Shown: one piece after another, positions 1 through 41,099 of the stretch | Position numbering within the stretch: position 1 is the first letter of the stretch | How the letters are laid out: every line of letters starts with the position of its first letter | NCBI GenBank assembly: GCA_951406725.2 | Contig: OX597826.1 | Span: 75,454,001-75,518,000 of the forward strand | Length of the DNA stretch: 64,000 nt | Reading direction: 5' to 3' | Source of the DNA: Octopus vulgaris | Taxonomy: Eukaryota | Notes under the pieces: generated by a model | What the model was told of the DNA's origin: nothing | Seen by the model: the letters and a program-made list of their open reading frames with translations, nothing else | Database searches by the model: none | Translations under genes and position numbers: made by a program

Positions 1-1686
1 CTTTATTCTCCTGTCTGTCTTCTCTCCACTGTTTTACTCTGAATCCTTCTATATTCTATTTTATTCCTTTGTACACTGTGCGTTCTCTATCTTGAACTTT
101 CCTACAAACTTACCTTGTCTCTGATGACGGAATACCCAGTGTATGGAGATGCTAACCTATCAATTGGGATATCCAAAGATTAATTAATTGATTAATTAAT
201 TAGGTAATTAATTAATTACTTCAAATTCACCTTACCCTAATTAAATATTCTAAATGACTTGAGGTACTCGTCTTGCCTTGGTTTCGTCGTCCTTTGTCCT
301 CTAATGTATACCTGCCAACTCGGAAGCCTACTACGGATCCCTCGCTCCAGCCTCAGCTGTGAACTTGGAACCTAACGGATGACCAATTATAGCACTTACA
401 TAGCGTACCTATTCGTTTAGATCACCAGTGAACTAAATCCCTCAAATTCCTTAATATATACATATATAAATCTGTGTGTGTGTGCGTGTGTGTGTACTTT
501 CGGGTTCTGTGGTTTTTGTCAGTATTTTATCTTCCTCCTCTTCCTAGTCTCTTCTACACTTTTCTCCAATATTCGACGAATATTTCTCTTCTGTGGAATT
601 TACCAGATTCGCATCACAGTTGTCTTTTCCCTGTGCAGAATTGTCAGTTTCTTGTACTCTATGGATATCCTAGCAAACTCTCGGGACGTTTTACCAGTGT
701 TTAAGTTTTTACAAATTGTTTTTACTTTTCCTCTCTACAGAGATTTCACACATTTTCTCTTTTTTATTCTGCTTTTCATATCTTAGTCCAAACTTTTCCA
801 CTTTGTTAAGATGCGTTTCACACTCATTGCTCTTGCTATCCTGATTGCTTCAGTAATATTGAATATTAGTTATAAGTTTTTAAATCATACTTTACTTGTA
901 TTTTCCAGCTGCTCTTTTTGTCAACCGCTTACATTTGGTCGAATTAAAAATTCTTAAGTGGTGTTATTTGAAGCTATATGAAAGTTCTCGACCATTCAGT
1001 TTTGATTGCATTGAATAAAACTCCACCAATAAATAGACTTTATAAAAATACGTTGAGGGAAAGAAATCCAGTAGGAAATGGCATCAATTTCGAGAAGTCA
1101 TGCGTCTGACTAGGAAAATAAATGAAGCTGCTTAGAATTCTAAATGAATTACAGCTGATTATTTAGTTGAATAAAACAATTGGTGACTTTCAATGAAAAA
1201 CCGATTGCCTAATTTCAAGCAAATACGTGTTAATTATATTGAATATGTATGCTTCTAGATTTATCTCTGCTAGGCATTAAGTTGTTAGCTACCGTTCATA
1301 TCGATCATAATCGCTTTTCTCAACATATTCTTTTCATATTTGCTCGATCAGTTGACATGGATGTTTGCAAGTATATAAAAAGGAAAGAACTATGAGCAGT
1401 TAGACTTCGGGAATTTGAATAACAATATCTAACCAACCTACTTACGTCACCTCTCATTTCTTTTCCGGTGAACTCTTCATAGAAACTACATTTATTTTCT
1501 CATAGCACTCGTAATTCCTGCATTTTAAATCGGCTTTGGTAACGATTTCTCTTTGAGGGAGTAAAAAAAAAAGACAATTATCTATGTTTCCTGCTTATTA
1601 GTTAAGCCCTCATATTTTCGACAAAGCACGATGCGTATTTATGCGAGAAACAAACAATTTTCAACAATGGAGTAAAGACTACGTAC

Positions 1687-2060
1687 CTCAGATACAATAG
1701 ATGAGATTTCATTAGTATAGAACTTTCGACCATATTTACACGTTTCCTTTGTAGAATTAATTGTGGGTAGGACATAGACTCCTTCTTCAGAAACCAGTTT
1801 ATACACAGAGCATCTCTCCTCTTCTACAGTTACTTCATTTAGGAACTCATCCAAGGTGATGTTTGGTGGAATCATGGATTCGTTGAAATTCGAAGGGTAA
1901 CAAGAAAAAGGAACCTTCTCTCGTATAAATACCATCGTTAAAAGTGAATGACCATAAAATATTATAAATATCCCAATTAAGAAAGTTAGTTTCTTTTGAA
2001 ATAAACCATATCCACCACATTGGATTAATATTTCCTCGGTAATTTCGGAAATTGACAAAC
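1687..2060 (-). CDS. SLC22-like transporter gene A, coding exon 2 (TM1 and large extracellular loop); gene continues beyond the left edge
   Basis: Acceptor tttag|GT and donor GAG|gtacgt. The exon is 374 nt, the same as gene B exon 2. It encodes LSISEITEEILIQCGGYGLFQKK...C...C...C..GRKFY...SSIVSE, the SLC22 N-terminal pattern. Confidence 0.9.
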
Positions 2061-2538
2061 CTAAATTATAAATAAAACAAGATTCATTTCAGTTATTGGT
2101 TTCTATACATTCATCACTTAATGTTTCTCAATGAAGGGAAAATGAGTTCGATTCATCGAAACCCTAACACATCAAGACATTTTACAGAAAGACGTATTGT
2201 CGATTGAGTAGAGACATTGAATCGGGGCTAGACTATAACTGGTTTCTGAACCATGTTTTTATCATCGCAAGAAGGATGGAAAGCGAAATCCAATCCGGTG
2301 TAGCAATTTCGGATTACCCAAGCATTTAACTCAGCAGCCAGCAAATTGAAACCCCGTTCAGATTACCAGGGATTACGATGAAATCGATTTCAAATTACCC
2401 CTTCGCTACTCACATCACCCCGCTTTCTCATTCCGCTAAAATGATTAAATTCTAACATTTACAACCTATAACATGTTCATAGCATTACAGACGTGTAACA
2501 ATCAAGATTAAAGACAAAATGTATTTTCACACACACAC

Positions 2539-2592
<54 letters not shown>

Positions 2593-2699
2593 CGCGCGCT
2601 TCAAATGCAGTCAAAATATATATTTCACCAAACAAACTATATTAATACACATAAACTCTAAAAGCTAAATATTTTAAAAAAATTATTTCTTCAGGTGTA

Positions 2700-2990
2700 A
2701 TGTCCAGAATGTAATCATGTCCTGTCACAGATCTCTGTTCTTTGCTTTCTTCAACAGTTCCACTTCTTCCTGGTGTTTAATGCATCTTTCTTCCAACTAA
2801 TTCCTCAAGCTTCACGTCCATATCATCCCCCCACCCTTCCTCTGCTTCATTTCCCTTCAATCTTTCCAGTCACCACTAAACTCTTCAGGCCCTCTCTCCT
2901 CATTACATAACCAAGAAATCTCAGTTTCTCATGAAGCAACTTCCTATTTACTGCAGCCCAGTTCATCATTTCTAATAAAGAGATGACTCG
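2700..2990 (-). mobile_element. Degenerate RTE-clade LINE 3' fragment
   Basis: Translation KLRFLGYVMRREGLKSLVVTGKIEGK resembles the RTE C-terminal motif (L.F.GH..R...LE..V..GKIEG.R.RGR). Confidence 0.6.
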
Positions 2991-3582
2991 ATCTGCGGTA
3001 AATTGACAACTGCTTCGTGAGATAAGGGCAAAGCATGGGAACGGCGCTTTTGAAGAATACCGCGTCATGTACCCTCCGCATGTCGTAAAAGGCGACTGAA
3101 AGGGGAAACAAAGCTGAAACAGGGAGCCGGATGCTGTTTTAGTGGGGGGGGGGGAAACCGGGATTATTAAAAACGGCATCTCCCCAAGGGTGTTGTTGTA
3201 GTTGGGCGAGTTGAGGTCGTACTTAAAAGGCCTAGCTATGCCCTGCACCGGTCAGCAGCAGTGCAGTACAAGTGTCTCGGCTGATGATCTGATGATCTTT
3301 GAGTGATGGACAACGGCAGATCTTAATTAAGTGGCCTTCTGGTGCCCCTATTTGCGCCCATCATGCTGAGGTGAAGGCAACTGGATACCAATTCACTACT
3401 TTCCATATCCCAAGAACGATTTCAGATTTTTTTGTTTTATACAAAACACATACTAATAAATTTTAAATGCGAATGATTCAAATTAACCCTGGGAGTAAGT
3501 TGAAACCAATTTCATCATGCCCATTACGATTTCAGAAAAAAACCTTTCCATATTTATTTTTAATGTTATCATTATCATATTA

Positions 3583-3790
3583 AGGCAGCGAGCTGGCAGA
3601 ATCATTAGCATCATACAGGACAATATACCTTGCGGTATTTCGCCCATCTTAATGTTTTTAATTGACGTTGCCTTTCAGCCGTTTGGGGTCGATAAAGTGG
3701 GGGCGATAAAATGACCTGAGCATTGGGGTCGGTATAATCGACTAGCTCTCTCTCCCCCAAAATTTCAGGTCGTGTGCCTATAATTGAAAA
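3583..3790 (+). mobile_element. SINE-like family 3; related copies at about 17840-18320(-), 20120-20330(+), 21340-21440(-), 24078-24295(+), 33290-33410(-), 39350-39520(+), 54200-54390(-)
   Basis: Recurring ggcgagctggcagaatcgttagca...gagttcaaattcc...gggtcgataaa...gccttgtgccaaaatttgaaacc unit with a B-box-like GAGTTCAAATTCC. Confidence 0.7.
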
Positions 3791-4222
3791 GATTATTATC
3801 ATTTGTATAATTTTTTCTCTGTAACTTATAATTGTTATAGCTACCAATAAGAATAATTTATAAATAGCGCCAGAAAATCAAGATATCCTAGATCCAGACA
3901 AACGGCAGAGAGTGTTTTAAATGTATATGAATGAAAACATTTTGTTCGCATTAAAAAGGTATAAATATATTCATCTTTGTGTATAAATATATCTATCGTT
4001 GTGTATAAATACATTTCGCTCGCATTTAAAGTGCGGTGGTATATTTTGTTTTGCATATAAATACATTTCGTTTGCATTTAAAGTGTATTAATAACACTGG
4101 GGTTGTTGTGCTTGAGTTACCCCCACCCCACAAAAAATTGCTGGGCTTGTGCCAAAATTTGAAACCTGTATATATATTGTTCACATTTGAAATGTGTGTG
4201 TGTGTGTGTATATGTATATGTA

Positions 4223-4273
<51 letters not shown>

Positions 4274-5269
4274 TGGCAATTAATCTTAACTATACGTATA
4301 TATATATATATATATATATATATACGTATAGTTAAGATTAATTGCCAGCATAGTGTAGCAGTCCTGTTTAGGACGATTGTTACTGTTATTTAGCCGCAGA
4401 AAAAACATCGTCTCCAGGTGCCTATACGACACTCTAACTGCGTCCTTATATTTTCAAACAAAGGAGTTTATCATCCCCACCTAGCTCAAAGCAATATCTG
4501 CGTACCAATATCTGGTTTCTGTGTTATTTGTCTTCATCAGCACAGAATAACTGCTCGGCTAGAGATGGCGCCACTAAACACTTGTTCGAAAATATATACT
4601 TTTCAAAATGACTAGGATTAAGGTCTAAGAAGTTAGTAATCTTTGAGCAATCCGTAGAAAGTATAAAAACAACTTTCAGGAACAACAGTGATTTATTGGC
4701 GTAGAAGGGTGTGAATTTTCCCCATATCCCTACACTAGTTCCTATTTTCGTGAAAGTTAACAATGGGAAAGACATGGGAATGGAAAACAATGAAGCTAAA
4801 CTTGTCGCTAAAAGAAATTCCTCTAACCAACAAAACCGAATATTTATATTGTGGGATCTCTTAAAGACAGTGTATTCTTCATTTAATTCAGGCATCTCTG
4901 GCCTGAAGACTAGCTTGTGGTCTACTCCTCGTTTGGATAATTATTACTTTCGAGGTTCTGCCAGCTATGAAACATATGCAGCCTGGATTTTATCTACTTC
5001 ATTCTGTAATTTTTGATTTACACACGCACACGTACACACACATGCACACGCACACACATGCACACGCACACACATCATTGCATTTTATCTATAACAATTT
5101 CAAAGTGAAATAACAGCTTTAAATTATTAGAAAGTAAAAAAAAACAACAAAAACAAATGCTTCCAATTGCAAACAAATTATATATTTACACGCTTCAATT
5201 ACAACGAAACAAATGGATAAATTCGTTTGTCTTAAAAAAATGTATTTTTACAGTTTTAAAGAATTTTAG

Positions 5270-5600
5270 TCGACCGAACCGACCCGAGGTCTTTACCTTT
5301 AAGTCTGGTACTTATTTTATCGATTTTTTTTGCCGAACCTCTAAGTTACGGTGACATAGCAAACCAATGCCGGTTGCCAAGTAGTGGTAGACAAACACAG
5401 ACACAAAGACTCACTCACGCACTCACACATACGACGGGTTTCTTTTAGTTTCCTTCTTCCAAATCCACTCAGAAGGCTTTGGTCGGCCCAAGGCTATAGT
5501 AAAAGACACTTGCTCAAGGTGCCACACAGTGGGACTGAATTCTGAACCACTCGGTTGAGAAGCAAGCTTCTTACCACGCAACCACACTTGCGCCCATACG
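5270..5600 (-). mobile_element. tRNA-derived SINE family 1, diverged copy
   Basis: Homologous to 10630-11031. Confidence 0.75.
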
Positions 5601-6519
5601 TTTAAAAACCCAGTAATTTTTCATATTTGAAGATTAGCTTATAGTCTTGAATGTTACACGCGTGCAATGCTATAAACATATTATGTGTTGCAGATGTTAA
5701 CTTTTCTTATTTTAGCTAAACTAGAAAAGGCGGGGTATAATGGGAGTAGTGCAGGGGTAATTTGACATCGAGTTTAAATTACCGGGATGTAAATTGTCAG
5801 GGGAACTTGAAGATTTTACACCGGCGGACGTGAATACTGCACGCAAAGAAGCATAGTAAAGTAAGGAAAACGAATGTTCAATGGAACAGGCAAAGATAAT
5901 ATATAACGTGTAATTTCATGGATGGTTAAGTGACAAAGATGGTTAACACTTAAGTAAGTTACAAGTATTATTATACCATGAATATCATATCTAAAATGAA
6001 AATGACAAAAAAAAACATAGGTTTTTCTAACATGTGTGTTATGTAGATTCATGATTACGTTAACAATACAGTATTGTTCAGTTAGTGGGACCAATATAGT
6101 ATAGCATTAATTCAAAGACGAAATCCTTGCGTAAGCAATTTGTTTAATTTTCTTTTCTTTTTACAGATTAGCAAGCAGCGCTGCTTTGCTGTAATATTTA
6201 ATGTAAATATGTTACAAATACATGATGTAACTGGAAACCCCATAATCTTATGCAATTTTGTACCAGATTCGTTTCCTTGTTATTTATGTTTATAAAACGA
6301 GGTATTCAGTAGTGAAAGAGAATATAGTAATGAAACGATAAGAAGACGTTGAAAAATAGTTACTTAAAACATTCAGATAAAATAGCAGTAGAATTTAATC
6401 TTATGGCATTATGTAACACTTTTTTAAAATACATAAACAAAGATACGAGGGCATAAATGCATTAAAACTAAGGGGAAATGCTGTGAAAGAAAAAGAAAAA
6501 GAAAAGAAACTATACAGGC

Positions 6520-6583
6520 CTTTGAGTTCCTGAGCAACAAATTGCTCGTTTTCTTTTATCTGATTACTTGACTTTTTCTCCAT
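6520..6583 (-). CDS. SLC22-like gene A, first coding exon (MEKKSSNQIKENEQFVAQELK-G)
   Basis: 64 coding nt, identical in length and phase to gene B exon 1. Upstream acceptor tttcatag at 6644-6645. The donor is non-canonical: AAAG|gcctgt. Confidence 0.65.
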
Positions 6584-6930
6584 GTTACGGATGGTTGTTT
6601 TGCTGTCAGTAACCGCACTGCACAGCGTCACCAAGAGGAATGTCTATGAAAACAACATGAAGTATCTAATGACGTATGACTGTGGTATGCAAAATGTTAA
6701 TGTATGTATACACACACATATACATATATAGACACACACACATATATATATATATAGTCAAAGGTCCGTCGGTCAACTGCCTGTCTCTTTTTTCCACTCA
6801 TCAGTTACAAAAAAAAGAGTTTGTTCACATAATGATGCAGTCACTTTGGCTTCCTAATACTATGATAAATTTGTCATTGCTTCCGGTGTATGCTGAGTTG
6901 TGCAATATATATATATATATATATAAATAC

Positions 6931-6973
<43 letters not shown>

Positions 6974-7048
6974 ATATATAAGGGATCTATATATATCGGT
7001 ATATATATATATATATAAATATATATATATACATATATATATATACAT

Positions 7049-7095
<47 letters not shown>

Positions 7096-7605
7096 TGCAT
7101 ACATATACATATACATGCATATATATATGTATGTGTATATATGTACATAGATAAATGTATGTATACACATACATAAAATGTACACACATTCACGTGTGTA
7201 TATATATATGTAGTTGTGTGTGTGTGTGTGCGTGTGTATTAGAGTATATAAATTTCCGTTAAAGCTTTTAAATTGTCGTAGCCTTATCTCTAATTATGTA
7301 AATTATCCGCAATATTTATTGAGCAATTTTTAAATAAGTCTTTTTTTTTCAGTAAATAGCTATTATTATAAGAACGAAAACTATGAATATACTTAACATG
7401 TATGATGTGTTGCAAATTGATTGTGGTGGTGGGAGGAGACATGAAGATGAGGGAAAGATCAACGCAGATTGCAATCTCTTGCTCAAAACGCTCATGTTAA
7501 AAATGATTCTTCTTTATAATAGATGCTTTGGCCCAAAATTTGAACTAGAGACAATGTAGAATCACTAACATCCTGAAGAGCAAGCTAAGAAAGCACTAAT
7601 TAAGC

Positions 7606-7900
7606 ACATGGCCTTGTGGTTAGAGCAGCGGACTCGCGGTCGAGGGATCGCGGGATCGAATCTCAGACCGGGCGTTGTGTGTGTTTATGAACGAAACACC
7701 TAAGCTCCATGCGGCTCCGGCAGAAAGTAATGGTGAACTTGTGCTGACTCTTTCGCCACAACGTTCTCTCAATCTTTCCTCCTGCATCTTGCAGCTCATC
7801 TGCGACGGACCGGCGTCCCGTCCAGTTGGGGAACCTATACGCCAAGGAAACCGGTAAAACCGGCCCTTATGAGCCAGGCGTAGCTCGAGAAGGAACAAAC
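7606..7900 (+). mobile_element. tRNA-derived SINE family 2
   Basis: A-box TGGCCTTGTGGTTAGAGC and B-box GGATCGAATCTC; a close copy lies in inverse orientation at 21035-21335. Confidence 0.8.
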
Positions 7901-8169
7901 CATATACTAAACTAAGTACTCAATGTTGAATGTAACAAAGAAACAGATATGCACAAGAAAAAATTAAAGAAACAAAGAGAAACACAGGAAACTTCTAAAA
8001 GGTATTATAGTTGGTTTTAGTAATTTCATTCTTTGTAATTTAGATGAAGGAAATCAATGCAGTTGGAATTTGTCCTTTAAAATCAGAATTTAATTCTACA
8101 TTTTCATTAGTGCCGTAATCTGGAACCATGTCGTTGGGAAGCAAGCTTCTTATTACACACGTTTGCACC

Positions 8170-8269
<100 letters not shown>

Positions 8270-8920
8270 CATATCTCCATGGACTATTCTTTGTGCAGAG
8301 TTTGACCACCTTCTATATCTACACCTTAGAACCATCATGGCATCTGATGTGGCTTTTTAAACCAGACAATGTTTTGAAAACATACCCACATGGATTACAT
8401 ATCCGATTTGGACCACCAAGAGCTGCAGTTAAGTTCTGATCTTTATGAATCTTAAAATGTCTTTTAAGACCTCCGTTAGATTTACAGACCTTCTGGCATA
8501 CGTGACACTGAAAGTTGTGCACAGAATTAGACAGACTAGTTGGTCAAGGTTCGTTTTCCATGGGTTCGCAAATGAAATTTGAGACCAGCAAAAGAAAGGC
8601 ATGCTCTGTCACAAATTGTGCACACACAAAGGCTTTGTGATTCACCTTCTATGTCCTCTGGTTCCATTCCAAGGGACTTCATGGTAGTCCTTATGCCTTC
8701 CTTAAACCATTTTTTAGGTTTACATCGATAGCGTTTCTCCTCTGCAAGCTCACCATAAAACAACTGTTTGGGTGTGCGTTCATTCGCCATTCGAACAATA
8801 TGGCCACACCATATCTCATATTTTCTTTCAAAATCATAGCTTTAATTGAGGTGATCCTTGCGAATGCAAAGATATCTATGTTTGGAGTAAAAGAACTCTA
8901 TTTAACGTTTAAAATGCGAT
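8270..8920 (-). mobile_element. RTE-clade LINE 3' end carrying three C2H2 zinc fingers
   Basis: WCGHIVRMANERTPKQLFYGELAE (RTE C-terminal motif), followed by CxxC-x12-HxxxH three times in ORFs 8536-8790 and 8319-8522. Confidence 0.75.
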
Positions 8921-10629
8921 GAAGGTATATATATATATATATATATATAGGGGGAAAGTAAGAAGAAAAATAAGCGAAAATGCACATTGGAAATCAATTT
9001 ATCTCCATTGTCATGGAACCTCACCCCAATATAACAAAAACAAAACTTCTACCACAAACCCCAAAAATCCATTTGATATAAATAAACAAGCTTTTTGTAC
9101 GTTCACAAAATTCTATTTGACAAATTCGAGAAACACACGAAAGCGCTAATAATAATGAATAAATACAAAGATTTTTTTCCAAAATTCTGGCGACCTTTTT
9201 TCTCAATATTCAATATCTTTACACCACACCTAACACTCTACACCCCCCACACATAAGGATAATGTATCCAGGTCGAAACAGTTCAAGTACTCAGTTATAA
9301 TCTAATTTATGGCTAACCACATCAAATAGTAAGGAACACTACGATTGGTTTAAGTAAGCAATCTCTATAAATTCCATGGGTAAAACCTGGTTTCACTTCG
9401 CTCTATCATAAATAGTTTTCCTAGCGTATGTCCAAGACAATTACAATGAATACAGAGTTGAGCACATCTGCATATTTTTTGCTACTTCAGTCAGTTATAC
9501 AGTATATTTGAGGCGTCTAGTAATAGACCGTCGTAAGCTCCACAATTTAAAAACGGAGAAAAACGCAAAGTTTCGCGACTTTCAGTATGCGATATCTCGG
9601 GAAGGAATGAAGTCGGGGAGCTGGTTTTGGTCTTAAAATGATCGCGAAAACCCCTTCTAATCATTTATTGTAGTATGCATCTGAAAAATGAAACAGTGAA
9701 TATACTGGTACTATGAAACGGTGTATTGCATTGAATATTTTAGTCATAATACCTAGAAAAAATATAGAGACCCCCACCGAAGGTATTGTTTGCGTTTTAA
9801 TATAGAAAAGTAAGAATCTTTAAGAGGTAAGTAAGACAAGATAGTAAGATAATAGCCCAAGCCCATTATCGTTACTACGGTAATGAAGAATATTAGAAAA
9901 TGAGCTATAACACCTCAAAAAACGGTACAGGAACCACACCAAAGTTATTGATGAGCGTGTTTGCTTACGATGGTGTGTTACTAAACTTTCTGGTCTGAGT
10001 TTGGGTGAGCGAGGGTCGTGTCAATAGCATCGAGGTACAATTTTTCAGCCGCATTTTCGACCTTATTGTAGTATTCATCAACGGTTCTTCCTCCCAACTT
10101 TTTCAGATTCTAGACGTCGGGTCAAAGAAAATGATATACTAACCTGGAAAATAGTTGGGGTGGCGCTTACGACACTGTTACTAAACGCCGTATCTGATTT
10201 AAATTAGTCCAATTTGATTTAAATTAGTATATGCTGTTGCATATACATGTCGCAAGTTCATTTGCACCCTGTTACATTCATCTGATTAGTAGTCTATGCA
10301 ATTTTATTCGTGATTTGAAGCAAAGTAAGGCATGTAAGTTTAGCTAGCATTATGTTTGTTGGGAGACTATAGTTTTTGAGAGCAAAGCATGTGAGAGAAA
10401 CCTTTTGAAACAAAATATAACCTTGACACTAGGATTGAATTTCGGACTATCAATACTAAATCCTAAATTAGGCCAAGATTATACTTTTCAACCAATAGTC
10501 TTAGACAGATTAGGAATTAATGAATTTCAGAGATACTGTGTGTAATTATAGGTCTCTAAATCAGATGTATCTGAAAGATATTAGATATGCAGAACTAACT
10601 TCAGTGGCGGGTCCTTACATAGCTATTTT

Positions 10630-11031
10630 TTTTTACTTGTTTCAGTAATTTTACTGCGGCCATGCTGGAGCACCGCCTTTAGTCGAGCAAATCGACCCCA
10701 GGACTTATTGTTTGTAAGCCCAGTACTTATTCTATCGGTCTCTTTTGCCGAACCGCTAAGAGATGGGGACGTAAACACACCAGCATCGGTTGTCAAGCGA
10801 TGCTAGAGGGACAAACACAGACACACACACAAACACACACACACACATACATATATATATATACATATATACGACAGGCTTCTTTCAGTTTCCGTCTACC
10901 AAATCCACTCACAAGGCATTGGTCGGCCCGGAGCTATAGCAGAAGACACTTGCCCAAGATGCCACGCAGTGGGACTGAACCCGGAACCATGTGGTTGGTT
11001 AGCAAGCTACTTACCACACAGCCACTCCTGC
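10630..11031 (-). mobile_element. tRNA-derived SINE family 1, near full length with internal (CA)/(TA) tract; other pieces at about 8115-8170, 21660-21860, 26520-26650, 27060-27295, 39600-39960, 41110-41230, 41625-41690, 62240-62440
   Basis: Minus-strand A-box TGGCTGTGTGGTAAG and B-box GGTTCAGTCCC; many dispersed copies in the window. Confidence 0.85.
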
Positions 11032-11944
11032 TATATATAAGTAAAGTTTTAATTTTCAAGTGGGTTTCGTTGTCCTGGATATGTCGTGTTTTCATACATG
11101 TAATTTTATGTTCGGAAGACACTAATTATTATTCGATTTAGGTAAACTAGATACTACGCGGTTTTTGCAACCTCTTCAAGATAGTCATAGCTATAAGGGG
11201 ATCAAAGGCGCCACCTACTTAGGCTAATGCTATAACCTTTGTCTGTGTCAACAGCTGTAAAGGGACAATACTCAGTTCTTCGATCTGATCCACTGTCGAG
11301 GTTTAAGATAATGGCCCACACTTAATTGGAATATGTTCATCGCCTCTGCTCTCCGTAAAGTTTTACATTATTATTGACGCAGAGATTTTGCGTACCCTTG
11401 CCTCTGATCGTGTACCTGGTTATGTGTACGCAGAACGGCATGGCTCTATTGAATTTACGCCACTCTATCGCCAAAATAATTCTGTAAGCTATGTCACCAT
11501 CTTAAAAATCTCACGCTTCTAGCATTTTTTGTGTGCATACTTATAAAAACACCTGCAAAATCAATACCAAAACACGACGCCACATGCAAAACATTCTTTA
11601 AGATGCTAAACCATAACAGAATTTAAAATCTTACTCTACAAGAAACTTTGTGAATGCAACAGTGATTTCTGTAGCCAAAAGGCGTGTGGTTCTTAATTTG
11701 TCAACTGCCGTCCATAATATTACTTTACATCCAACGTCTAGAACACCTATGTGTCCAGGCGACCAACAAGAAATAGCAGCCATGTTTCCCTCTTGTTTTA
11801 CTCTTCTATCTTGGAAAAAGAAAAAGAAAACATTGGACAACGTTCTTCAGGATTACCTAAACTCGAAGGAAGAAATGATTGCCAGTTGTTATACCTTCGA
11901 TCACATGCCTGCATAGTCAGTGCTGAGCTGGAGTATAAACACTA

Positions 11945-12065
11945 TCGCCACCGCCACCACCCTCACCACCCTCACCACCCTCACCACCCTCACCACCCTC
12001 ACCACCCTCACCACCCTCACCACCACCACCACCACCACCACCCGCACCAAAAACAACAACAACAC
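11945..12065. repeat. (CAC)/(CACCACCCT)n trinucleotide repeat
   Basis: Read directly; a shorter homologous tract lies at 54400-54440 downstream of gene C. Confidence 0.9.
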
Positions 12066-12471
12066 TAGTAAACAATCGCCTTCGTTACCATGAAACTAAC
12101 GACTAACGGGGAGTCAAATACTTTGGAGATTTATTCAACTACGTAACATATAGGGAATTTATGACATTGAAAATATTTGAGAACAAAAATTAAATCGAGT
12201 TCATATATTCCTGGTGCCCGTTCCATTCGAAAGGATTCTGTTACAGAACTTTATCGCTGCCCAATGTCACCAGTTAGCTCTTCGCAGATTTTGTCCCCGC
12301 ATTGAAAGTCTGAGATTTGTACGTTTGTAATAATAAAAAATAAATGTAATGAACAATTAGCAAATATATAAACTAAAGCAACATATTGACGTAAATGTGA
12401 TTTTAAATGTTTCGACATTTCATGTTTGTTTACATTAAACTCAAAAATCCTGCTAAAGATTTTCTACAAAT

Positions 12472-39228
<26,757 letters not shown>

Positions 39229-39994
39229 GTTACACTCAGTGGGTGTCTCGTTGCAATCTCTACTGAAAAAAGGCCGCCTAATGACGTGTTTATTAAAACA
39301 GACTGCTTCGTACAATTATATTAGACTACGGGGCGTAAAAACAAGACACTCATTAGCTGCTGAATCGGTAGTTTATCGGCATTTCATTCGTGCTTACTTT
39401 CTGAGTTTAAATTCCGCGGGCCGACTTTACATTTTGTCTTTTGGGGGTTAATAAATAAGTACTAGTCGAACACTAGGGTAAATATATTCGACCGGGCCCG
39501 TCCCCTACATTTCAGCCCTTCTGCTCTTCTATTTGTGTGTGTGTGTGTGTGTGTGTGTAAAATGATGATTTAATGTTATTATACATTCTATAACCACATG
39601 AATGACTGCTTGGTTATGAAACTCGCTTTGCACCCACGGTTTCGGGTTCTGTCCCACTGCGCGGCACTTTAAGCATCTTCTTTTTTTACTAGAGCCAGTC
39701 TATGGAAGCCCATGGAATACATATATAAGCATATATATATATATATATACGTATGAGCTTCCTTTTGTTCCTTGCCACTCCTTGACAGCTGGTGTTGGTT
39801 TGTTCACCTCCCCATAGCCTAGCCGTACGGTAAAGAAGCCGACTGAATAAGTACTAAGTACCAAACTTAAATAAAAACTGGGGTGAATTTGTTCGACAAA
39901 ACTCTTGAAAGAGGTGCAACAGTATGGCCGTACTTTAGTGGCTGAAACGAGGAAACGATTAAAAAAACACACACACATATATACAACATACGTT

Positions 39995-40040
<46 letters not shown>

Positions 40041-40585
40041 TTACATATATTTTTTAGTTTATATTTTTGTAAAATTATATCATTAAAATAGCCAACTGGC
40101 AGATTCGTTAGCACATCGGACAATAAGCTTAGTGCCACTTAGTGCACAACGCCGACGAGAGGAGGATCGCTAGGCTGGAATTACTGTCGAAAAGACCTCT
40201 TTCTCCGCGGATCAGTTTTGTGTGTAGCGGAATCATTGGTCTCCAGAATGCCGCCCTTCTCTGTCAAATTAGAATGATATGGTTGAAATATTTTCAGTTT
40301 CGCTTTTGCTACACTCCTATATACAGAGTATATTTAAAACAAATTACTCAGCAAGAAACTATTTCACTAATCCGGTTCCTGTAGCGTTTGCGTGTGAATG
40401 TATGCGTGTGAGTATCTATGAGTATCTGTTCGTCTCTATGTGGCCGTGTCTTCGTGCCTATCTAATTGTGAGTCTATACAGTACATGTAAATTTTGGGTT
40501 GTATAACAGTTTTTTGTCTATCTGCCTCTGTGTCTGCACATACAGGTTTTGCATACATACATTCATACATACAGGCATACACACG

Positions 40586-40683
<98 letters not shown>

Positions 40684-40702
40684 AAAAATCCTTCGATGGC
40701 CG

Positions 40703-40763
40703 GATAACTGAAGAGATGGCGGCGTGGGTTTCCGCCCCGACATCCGAAACTCGGAGTTTTATC
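40703..40763 (+). ncRNA. Hammerhead-like motif, GUU variant; also at 58258(+), 60582(+) and 60463(-)
   Basis: gataa CTGAAGA gatg...catc c GAAAC tcgga GTT ttatc: stem I gataa/ttatc, with one extra C before GAAA. Confidence 0.6.
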
Positions 40764-40865
40764 ATGGCTACCGAATAATTGTCACATATTATATTTACAG
40801 ATAAATTCCCCTATTTACACAATATCAAAGTCGCTTTCATTCTTTTGTTGTCTTACCATTTCTAT

Positions 40866-40937
<72 letters not shown>

Positions 40938-41067
40938 GATATAGGATAACATTTTTTTCGGGAAAAAATTTTTATCAATGGTCAGCATATCAAAAAATGC
41001 CTTTAAAGGTAAAATTTATACATAATTTACAAGATAAGATATGTATATATGTATATATATATATATG

Positions 41068-41099
<32 letters not shown>

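Noticed and set aside
1639-2058. Track ORFs 1639-2058 and 37027-37452 as standalone proteins starting at TTG
   Set aside because: They are internal exons bounded by AG/GT sites; the ORF ends run into introns.
7606-7680. tRNA genes at A/B-box sequences
   Set aside because: No complete cloverleaf; the boxes are heads of multi-copy SINEs.
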